In this document: piece by piece, positions 15,097 through 25,264 of the stretch
Numbering within the stretch: position 1 is the first letter of the stretch
Layout of the letters: each line of letters opens with the position of its first letter
Source of the DNA: Sarea resinae
Taxonomy: Eukaryota
DNA length: 64,000 nt
NCBI GenBank assembly: GCA_026026165.1
Contig: JAPEUD010000028.1
Coordinates: forward strand, 62,001-126,000
Direction: 5' to 3'
Made by a program: the position numbers and the translations under genes
The notes under the pieces: generated by a model
Told to the model about the DNA's origin: nothing
Databases searched by the model: none
The model's input: only the letters and a program-made list of their open reading frames with translations

Positions 15097-16897
15097 TGGA
15101 GGGGGTGCGGGGAGGCATATCAGATAGATTCATCAACTCGTCTTGTTTATTGGGGAGATCTTGGGGTTTGCATGTTTTGAATAAATCGTAGGGAGGGAGG
15201 AAACGCCTTGGACTTCGAGCTGTACGTCAAAGGGGATTGTCTTCTCCGTATAGGACTGTATAGAAGACGGTATTCTAAATTCCCTGCCATGGATACATAG
15301 ATCCGAATCACCCCTCATCACTGTCCCCCGCGTGCTCCGCGCATGAGGTTTCAGGGTCATTTCGAAAACCCGGCTTGACCCCGTGATGGTGAGCTGCATC
15401 CTACTTGTCTCTCACTCACTCTCTTATGAATCTACCAATGATCAGACACGGACCGCTTAGGGGGTTACGCGGCCGCGACCGTCGTCACTGATAATGTCAT
15501 CTCCCGGTGGCCATTACGAAGGTCTCTATTACTTTACCGCATGGTCGGGAATGGGATTTTGGGGGTGTCAGATCGAGTTGGTTCATGGTGTTGGTTCAAT
15601 GATGAAGCGGATGAAGGCGTCTGTTGAGACCAGAGGTCGAAAAGGAGAGCCAAGGGGTGGAGAGTCAGTTAGCCGGTGGGTTCGTCAGCAATGATTCGTA
15701 GCGGTGGAGAAGAGGACGCATAATAGTGTTGAAAGATTGAGATTTGGTGTGGAGGTATGACCTGCACCGACTCGACACTACGATCGAGGAGGCTAACCGG
15801 AAGAGGCATGCCAAGCCATCAATTACGCGGCGACGATGCATGGCGGCGGTGGCGGGCACATTGCACGAGGTATCTTGGGTGTCTGCGGCGGTGGCGGAAG
15901 ACTTGCAAGCAGGTCGCTCGATCGTCGAGGCTACGCAGCACGGTACCTGCTACTTGCTACCTGGGCTGCTACTCGTACCTCCAGCCTGACTGACTCTCGA
16001 AGGTCCGAGGGGTCCATCTGGATGACTACGTACTCGTCCTTCGTACTCCACTGCTCGACGACTACCGTAGCTACCGCAAGGTACTCGATGGATTCGTCAG
16101 ACGTCAGGTGCATTCGGCGAGATCAAGGGCAGAGAGAGAGACGGTGGGATTGACTCATTTCTCCCCTTCCCTGGACGCATTGAAGAGATCGAGACCGAGG
16201 ACAGAGGGAAGATGCAATGGAACATCGGATGCGAAATGCGCCATGGGAGATGCGAAATTGATATCCACGGATGGGGGACACTCGACAAGTACCGAGTACT
16301 CAACGAGCCGCCACGCTGATTGGTGGACCAGCCGAGATCTGAGGGAGACGAGGGAGCTGACGACGACGACCCTCTAGCACGCCCAGCGCACCCAGCACAA
16401 TCCTTCCTATTCGTGCTGGCCCCGTCCCTGCGCTCCATCCTCACCACCACTTGATTAGCCATCCATCCCATCTCAGACTGTCACTGTCTCCGTCTCCTCA
16501 ACTCAACCTCCTCACTCATTCACTCTCCTTCTCGTCTCCTCGTCGTCCTCCTCTCTGCCAGACTCTCATTGTCTCTCGTTCTTCTCGTTGCGTTTCTCTC
16601 CTCCTCTCGACAGACTCCGTCGCTATCAGCTCGACTCTCGACCGGCCTGTTTCGACGTGGGATCGACAGCGCTAGGCGCTCGATAGACGAAGCGGGCGTG
16701 GACCGGCAACGCTGCTGGGCTGTGTCGTGCTGCGGATACCGATTTAGCTGCGAAACCTGATCACATACCCTCCCCTCCTTCTAACATCACCATCATCACC
16801 CTCATCATCACCGTTACCGTCGACGTCTCCTCAATCGGTCGCGATCATCGAGACTCGACCGACAACGACTATTCTTCACATCGCTGACACATTCGCC

Positions 16898-18520
16898 ATG
16901 GCCGATCCAGGTTCGCCTCGAGGAAGGGCATCGGGGAATACGGATGGGTCTTTCGATGAGACCTGGGCCAAGGACCTACGAGTACAGTTCGAACAATTAT
17001 TACGAACGAAAAGATTCAACGAGTTCACAGACCGATCCCGGTCGCGGCCTGGCTCTCCAGCACCGATAGACCGAACATCGTCACATGCACAAGCGTCGTC
17101 GTCCTCCAGCGTCCGGTCGCCACATGTTACATCGCATCATATCCCGAGGAAAGCAGTAGGCTCGAACCCATCAACATCCTCACATTCAAATGCGCCACTA
17201 CCGCCATCCTACTCGTCGCTGCGAAATCTTCCCAAAGTCCCCGAGCCACCCAAAGATGCGTCGTCTTTGAAATTTCGAAATCTCTTAATATCCCTATCTC
17301 TCACGCCGACCAAATACGAGAATCCGGGCCTATTAGACGAAGCATTGTCCGTCATCCCGTTGGATAGAATATACGGCGAAGCGCAAGAGGAGAGCGAAGT
17401 TCTCGAAGCGCAGGCTCAGAGTTTGGGCGATGGATCGAAAGCGGAATGGGGTTATCAGGACTGTGTCATTCGGGCATTATTGAGGTACGTCTCCGTACTT
17501 TTATTCGGATTGTCGAGACAAGAGTGCACGTATTGATTGAATCCTCAATAGATGGTTCAAGCGAACGTTCTTCCATTGGGTCAACAACCCACAGTGTCCG
17601 ACTTGCTTGTCGCCGACTATTGCGCGAGGAATGACGCCTCCAACTCCTGATGAAGCCGCACGAGGCGCCGCTCGTGTCGAACTCTACCAATGTTCGGCCC
17701 AAGGCTGCGGCGCTTATGAGCGCTTCCCCCGGTACTCAGACGTCTGGGCATTACTCCAGACACGAAGAGGCCGATGTGGAGAATGGGCAAATTGCTTCAG
17801 CATGCTCTGCCGAGCAGTCGGTGGACGAGTGCGATGGGTCTGGAATTCGGAGGACCATGTCTGGACTGAAGTATACTCGGAGCAACAGAAGCGATGGATC
17901 CATGTGGACGCCTGCGAAGAAGCTTGGGACAACCCTCGGCTCTACTCTGAAGGTACGTAGTGTATCTGCCGTCGACTGCCGAAGACTTACACTGATGTGA
18001 TGTGTTGCAGGTTGGGGCAAGAAGATGGCGTATTGCATCGCCTTCTCTGTGGATGGCGCTACAGACGTAACGCGACGTTATGTGCGCTTTCCTTCACGAC
18101 ATGGCCTTGACCGTACTCGAGCCCCCGAAGAAGTTGTCATCTACATCTTGAATGAGATCCGACGCATGAGGCGAGAAAATCTCTCCAAGGAGGAGCGAGC
18201 ACGGCTCATCAAAGAAGATGAACGAGAGGAGAAGGAACTACGTGGATACGTCGCAAAGGCGTTGGCGGTTGAAGTCACCAACATGCTCCCAGGGAGCCAG
18301 AATTGTAGTCCGACGAACAGCGGTGGAGCTGGCGGGAACGGTGGATCGGCATCGACTTCCGAGGACCAGAAATTGCCTGCACGACAAACTGGTACGCTTG
18401 CTCAAACCCGTGATATGATCAAGTTCTGTACTAATGTTCACTGATGCAGGATCGTCGGAATGGGTCCAGGCAAGAGGCGAAGGGGGATTCACCCGAGGCA
18501 GCCCGCCGGAAGGCCACTGA
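16898..18520 (+). CDS. PNG1: Peptide:N-glycanase (transglutaminase-like fold), 4 exons
   Basis: [21 protein letters not shown] after splicing, [41 protein letters not shown] and C-terminal [14 protein letters not shown]. Introns at about 17485-17551, 17953-18010 and 18392-18449. Confidence 0.9.
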
Positions 18521-19165
18521 TCTTCACATTTTGCCTTCCTTTTTTTCCATCGACGTGCCCCACCTTCAGCACGAAGCAATTCCAGAACTGATTAGAGAGG
18601 GTCGCTCGCATCCTAGATTATGGACCCTTTCGACGACACCCACAGGGCTGGAATCATCACTTCGCTCTTCTTCGTTTAATCCTCTTCGTCTCACACCCGC
18701 TTTACTCTGACCCGGATAGCCCCGGCATATCTCCTACGCGTCCACGAAGTCCTCTGACTGATTGACTGATCTGACTCCGGGATGATTGTTCTATCCTCTG
18801 AGTCATCTCTTCGGATGACTTTGATGTTCTTCGCCCTCTGACTGACAGACGAGTGGAGGATAATCTTGACGTCTCTGACGACGTTTTCTCCAAAACCTGG
18901 GACTTGAATTCGGCCCCTGGACTTGAACTGGGGGTGGGGGGTCTCCTCTATGCATACATACATGCCACTATATCTATCTCCTTTTGTCTTTGATATTTTC
19001 GCTACACACGCGGCGAAGGGGTCATCTTGTCTATCTCATTCCTGGTGTTCCGGATACCGTTGTTTTTTTTTTTTGGTCGTCTTCGCCTTGGTGGTTGCCT
19101 GCGGGTCGGTCGGTGGGGTTTGGTTGGTGGGTCGGTCAGGTTCGTCGGTTCTTTTGTGTTGTCGG

Positions 19166-19199
<34 letters not shown>

Positions 19200-19569
19200 C
19201 TGGTGGCCATTGTAATAGTTGTTGGAACAGTTGATGCCGTTGCTGCTGTCGCCGTTGTCGCCGTTGTCGTCATAAGGGGGGTGGTCGCATGATCGATCTA
19301 TTATCTGCTCCTGCTCCTGCTCATGTTCATGTTCAAGTTCATGCTCATGTTCAGATGGTCGATATGGCTAGATGGATGGCTGGCTGGATGGCTGCGATTC
19401 TCATCGTTTATCTTCCTGTACCGCATTTGCCCCATTTAGCTTTTTTGGTCGATTGAGCGTAGCCTACCATCACCATCACCATCACCATCAACGTCATCAT
19501 CAACATCATCATCACAATACCTCCTTAGCTTACTTATATCATATCATATTACATTGCAGTATTTTATAT

Positions 19570-19650
<81 letters not shown>
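19570..19650. repeat. (TAC)n microsatellite, about 27 units
   Basis: Perfect tactactac run seen directly. It lies in an SSR-rich tract that also has (TGTCGT)n at about 19157-19198 and (CACCAT)n at about 19467-19510. Confidence 0.95.
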
Positions 19651-20696
19651 CTACTCAGTATCTATCTACCTGACCTGCCTCACTTGCCATACCTTATCTT
19701 TACAATATTTACAATACTCTTCTCCATGTCAGATGTCATCACCATCACCATCACCATCACAATCACTTAAGACGCAAAAGAGGGACGTGGGCCGTCCGTC
19801 TTAAGATCCAAATCCGCTCCCAAATTCACTCTTCGCAGTTCCCCAAGCAGATTAGAAACAAAAGAAAGCACGGCGTAGCAAAAGCCCAATTCTATTGTAT
19901 TCTATAAGATGGTTCGCACAGGAGTGGTGAGTGCGTCGAGAAGAGTGGGTGGAGCCTCCTGAACGCGAGAAGGCAAGATCCAGATCGTGGAGAAGAGTAG
20001 GCTAGGTAGATAGATGGACAGATGGACAGATGGACAGATGGGTAGGTCGGTAAATGGGTACGGTACACGGACAGACGGTCTAGAGTAGAGTAGAAACCAA
20101 AAGGAGAAAAAGAGAAGATGAGAAACAGGAGAGCCCGGAGAAACCGTCGGCCACCAGAAAACAAAGAACAACATAGTAGATGAAAAAAAATCCGGCCCCA
20201 GATCCCTTGCACTCCTAATCCAGACAGAAACCAGCTTGGTATAACACATGATCATGAATCCTGCACCCCTAGCCCAAGGTGCCGCAAACGAAACGAACAG
20301 AGAGAAATGAGGCGAAGAAAAGCAATGCCAGACAGCCTCGCGGCGTCCATGGCCTGTGTGGGAGAAGAAGAAGATCTAAGATGCAATGCATGAACGAGAC
20401 AAGATTCGTCGTGAATGGTGCGGAAGAGGATGAAAGGCTGGAGAAAAGGTAGAGGGAGAGCGAGAAAGAGCGCAATGAGATGTGGGAAAGGCTGGCTGGC
20501 GGTGGGGGCTGACGGTGGGGGATGACGCTGAGGGATTTTGACGTCTCTTAGCCTCGGGGGCTGCTATCGCTTGGCTTTATCGCTTCGCCAAGCGCAAGAC
20601 GGGACGAACGAGACGACATGCGAAAGCCATGCAGTGCCATGCGCCTCACGCCTCACTTCTCGCCCATCTTGCTTCCACGGTAGCCACGCCTTTGGC

Positions 20697-21197
20697 TCAA
20701 CGGCCAGAACTGCGGCGGGGGTCATAGGTGTAACCACCGCTATTATGAACAACGGTTTGGCGGCCCGACGAGCTCACCCGCTGTGTAGCGAGATAGCCGT
20801 CCTGATTATATTGAGGACCATTGCTCTCCCTCCGACCTGAACCCTCGGGCGTGCGGACTAGGTAGGTCTGAGCCGTACCCATGCCCGTCGAATTGCCCGA
20901 GCTAGGCGCGTACTTGGAGCTGTAATTGGCCTTGGACGACATTGAGGATGTGGATGTCGATTTGATGCTTGAGGATGATTGATAGGGAGGATTGTAAGGC
21001 GACGAGTAGCTTTGGGGCAGGAACTGGGCGCCGGACGATGAAGATGAGGCGCTGGAATAGCTTGACGAGTAGGCTGATGTCGAAGCCGCGACGGTGCTAG
21101 TCGTACTGCTTGTTGGGCCGGCGGAGATGGTGCGGCTAGAGGAGAGCGACGACGGGTATATATGAATGATAGGCTTGCTTTGGTAATGGTAGGGCAT
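20697..21197 (-). CDS. Hypothetical Ser/Tyr-rich low-complexity protein (about 166 aa)
   Basis: Open frame from ATG (MPYHYQSKP...) with a CT-rich upstream tract and a non-repetitive C-terminus (GPQYNQDGYLATQRVSSSGRQTVVHNSGGYTYDPRR). No family recognised. Confidence 0.45.
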   Translation of the reverse strand: MPYHYQSKPIIHIYPSSLSSSRTISAGPTSSTTSTVAASTSAYSSSYSSASSSSSGAQFLPQSYSSPYNPPYQSSSSIKSTSTSSMSSKANYSSKYAPSSGNSTGMGTAQTYLVRTPEGSGRRESNGPQYNQDGYLATQRVSSSGRQTVVHNSGGYTYDPRRSSGR

Positions 21198-24018
21198 CGA
21201 AGGCGGAGGAAGCGTACGAGACTGGACGACAGCTTGGGGTGCTTGAGGCAACTGTAGATGATATGCTATTGTGTAGTGTTGACGGATGATGAGAGAAAAG
21301 AAAAAGGAGGGGGAGATAAGAGGAAAGATGGATGCTTAAATGCATCCATCCATTGAGCAATAGAAAGACGAAGGAGACCGGTGCCTGGAGGTGGGCAATG
21401 CTAAAATTTGAGAACAGTCAGTCACAACAGTCACAGTAGTCAATATGAGTTGCCAACGAGGGTGGAAGCCAAGCCCCAAACCTGAGGTTGGTAGCCAAAC
21501 CGGTAGGCAGCAAGCCAGAAGTGCCTGAGGCCATCAGAGAGAGAGAGAGAGAGAGCAAGGCCTGGATGTCTCAGGCTACAACATCTGGCCCGGGGGGGGA
21601 GGGGGGGAGAGGGTTGGAGTTAGTGAGTAAAGTCATGGATGAGTAAATCAGAGAAACAAGCGCGCAAGCATCATGTGCATCACTTTGCGTGCGAAAGAGT
21701 CATCGTCGTGTGCGTTGCGTGGAGATGGGGATGGAGAAGAAGAGAGAAGACGATCTCTCTCGGTTTGGTCAGGGTCGGTCTAGGCACCTGAGGCAGATGG
21801 AGGGACCCAAAAACGGCACTAGTGGCAGGCAGACGGGCAGTGAAGATGCGAATTGGAGGTGAGATGGATCGTTGGAAAGGGACGATGTTGCTCGACCATG
21901 TCCGAAGAGGGAGTAGGCGGTGGTGATGGTGATGGTGATGGTGATGGTGATAGTAGTGAGTAGCGAGCAGTCATGGAGCAGCCATGAGCAGTCATGGTGA
22001 TAGGCAGAATCGAGTACCTGAAGGCTCAATCGAGGGGTTGATGGACGATGGCCGTGGGAGATGGGGGGCCTGACGGCTAAGTCCGTCACATCGACACCTC
22101 AGGTATGAAGTACTCCCCAGGTAGATGTAGTACGCCGAGTCTTACAAGAGGTACCAACTAAGGCACCAAACACCAAACGCCAAACACCAAAGGCCACACT
22201 GGAACATCCATCATGATTTATTCTCGTCCTTTGTACATCGAGCCTGAGGCTGACAGAGAGATCAACATCGGAAATAGATATCGCGACGGTTTCAGACTGG
22301 CAACGGGACAATGGCAAATGTCAACGACCACGACCACAATTATAGCAATCACCACACCAACAACAACAGACAGTAACGATGAAGAGATGAGGATGGAGAG
22401 ACGACGATGAATATGAATAGGGACTCGATATGAAGAAGAATGGAATACCCACCAGATCCCCATCCTGGGTCTGCTCGCCATGTTCCCTGACCCGACAGAG
22501 CAGTATTGCATCATTGCCCCATGTACCTAGCGTACAGGAGGTATCACGGACAAGTATGACGGGGTACCCGTCTGCTACTCTCCAGCTCCTCGGCACTGCC
22601 CCGCCCATGCTTACTACTAAATGCTGCGCTCACTACTCATGCCTGTTCGACCCGTATGTCAATGTCAATGAGCCGCCAGCAATCGTCGTCGATCCAGATC
22701 CATGATCCGCATCCTCAATCCTCAATCCGCCGTACCGCGCCAATGCCTGCCCCAGCCCTAGTCCCCCCCCGTCCTGGCCCTGCCATTGACGCCCTGACTC
22801 ATCGGCCCTACCGTTACCGCCCGGCTGCGCTGCATCGGCTCGACCTAGCCTCACCCGAGAGACGCGAGTCACATCGAGTCACAAGGACGCCGTCAACCAT
22901 GGATCAATTGCCTTCTGACGTCCCCATAGCCTATCCCCGTTCCCCGTTCCCGTGTCTCGCCTAGGACCCTACGACTACATTACGGGCGAACCTTTTCATC
23001 TTTCACGTTTGATGATCAGTCACTGTAATCGCGCGTTGCCGTACGCGTTCGGCCTTTGATGATTGGAAGCTGATAAGATACATGTATGCAGTAGCTCAAG
23101 TCAATCTAGAATGACGCAAGCCTTGAGACGAACAAGACCCTGCAGAGGTCACCCAACATTGAAGCTCAAGACTCGCTGTGAGACAGATCGCGGAGCTTCG
23201 CTTTGAGAGTGCGTAGACATGGATGAAGCGGGCAGACTGTGAGGGACTGTTCGGTAAGGGTGGTAGAGGGGTTGTACCAAAAAGGACTCGTTCCAAGACT
23301 GAATCATAGGGGTATCTGAGAATCGAACGGGAAGACCAGTCGATTGGATGCAAATGTAAAAGATATGGAGATAGTAGTAGTGGGATGAAAGATACTTGAA
23401 ATGGTGTCGAGGAAGTGATTTCGCAGGGAGGAAATTGGAGAGAGGAATGAGTTTAGGGGAGGGGAGCCTGAAGCGTGGGCTTTGCAGAGTATTGTCAAGA
23501 AGGGAAGAGGTGAATTTATAGGGATATTGAAGAGAGAATGAAGAGAAGAATTTGAAGACGAGTTTGAAGACGGAATATGAAGACGGGACTCGCAGAACGA
23601 AACTTGAGAAGATGATTGCAGCAACAGGTGCGTGACTTATAGACTCCGAGTCCGAGCCTGGATCGGATCACTATACAAAGACCAAGCATCAAACAATGCC
23701 AATCAAACAGTAAACGGACGAGAATTTTTGGAGGGGAAAGAGTCAGTGGTAGCTTTCTCCATACCGCTGTGGGAATGCTCAGGCCACGCAGGTATGTCTC
23801 CCACCCTACTGGCCTTTTCATGCCGTTCATATGATCTTTTCTGCCTATCCGCCTTTTGACATTCATTACATACCTTTCACCCCCTCAGTCTACACCCTGT
23901 GACCCCCATGAACGATAGCCCGTTCCGATTCACAATTGAGGGCTCCTTTTTCTCTCGTGAACATACCTTCGATCTTCCCAGCCTTTGCAATTGGCTGCTG
24001 GCGATTGCAACAACACGG

Positions 24019-25086
24019 CTCTCCTCTTTTTGTCTCGAGCTTTCGTGTAAGCAACACCAGCTGATTGGCTTTGATCTCGACTGTTCACAGGAGTCTACTG
24101 CAATCCAGAATGCGACGACTCTCCTCATTTTGTCTCGAGCGTCCAAGCGAATTCAGCAGACCTTTCTATTGCATTGATCTGCCTTCATAGCCATGCCCGT
24201 CTTATAATTAGCTGTAATTTTTGGAACGCAAAGGGCTCTTCTCTTTTTTGTCTGAAGCGTGCATATCGATCTGAAGTTTTTTGAGCTCCGGTCTGTGGAT
24301 GTCCAAACGCCAACAAGTAGTTGCAAACGCCAACAAGTAGTATTGTGGTCCCCTAGATCCTCTTGTGGACTGCTGCAACTCAGATCGCAATTGCTCTCCT
24401 CGTTTTGTCTCGAGCTTGCAAGTCTGTTGGCGTCTCTGTTTTCTAAGAACTGAACACTCATGGACAAGAGTTTGGGTCCACTCATCGTAGGGTCGAGTTT
24501 TCACGACCCTCACTTTTTTGTTTCGAGTGCGCACATTGGACCGGGATCTCTCTGGCCCATAGATAGTCGAATGGCGGCATTGCTTTCCTTTTTTTGGGGA
24601 ATAGCAGTCCTGTCCACAACAACTCTCCTCTTTTTGTCTCGAGCGTGCATTTCGAATCAAGAATTTCCTTGGCTTTGTCTGGCATAACTTCTTATTCCCC
24701 TCACAGCAAGACTGTTGTCCTGTAGGTTGCTGCAATCAGAAATGCTATGCTCTCCTGATTTTGGTTGAGCATGCGTTATTATTGCAGCCAAGATTTATTC
24801 GTGGATGTTTCAATGCACACACTTTTCTCCTCATTTTGTCTCGAGCACGTGTCCTTTGAGCGAACCTTTTGGGGCGGAAATATGGCAATCAGTCGGGAAG
24901 TTTGTGTCGCGATCGCCAACTAGCTGATTGTCCCGGGGTGTAGTGCATTACTCTCCTTCTCTTGTTTCGAGCATGCAGCTCTGTCACTTTGGTATGAATG
25001 CCAGAAGACGGATCCATTGTCACAGAAGCCACTGTGCTTCTCACTTCTCGAGAGCACTGCTCTCCTCTTCTTGTCCCGAGCGTGCA
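24019..25086. repeat. Regularly interspaced short direct-repeat array: 10 copies of a 22-27 nt motif with unique spacers
   Basis: Copies start at 24019, 24119, 24236, 24394, 24507, 24623, 24750, 24825, 24951 and 25060. Consensus CTCTCCTCTTTTTGTCTCGAGC, often followed by (G/A/T)TGCA. The 24019 and 24623 copies are identical over 22 nt. Confidence 0.85.
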
Positions 25087-25264
25087 TCAATACTGAGCCG
25101 ATGTATCATGGTTGAATGACAGGCTTTTGGCAGTATGCGCCATCTCCTGCAATCTACTGAATGCGTGATGATGGATATTTGGATGACTGGATTTCCAGAT
25201 TGCTTTTCATTCACCGAGACCACCATGTCTCTTGGCTTTGAAAGAGCTGACCAAACTCATGCAC

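Noticed and set aside
18923..20475. Poly-Tyr, poly-His, poly-Val and CR-repeat ORFs
   Set aside because: They are simple-sequence-repeat translations.
23877..24735. Short ORFs over the array (e.g. 24208-24735, SRQKEES / LSSFCLEL repeats)
   Set aside because: The peptide repeats occur in different frames and on both strands, so they are by-products of the DNA motif.
24019..25086. Calling the array a bona fide CRISPR locus
   Set aside because: The context is eukaryotic, no cas-like ORF is present, repeats are degenerate and not clearly palindromic, and spacers are long, variable and partly related. It is reported as a repeat array only.
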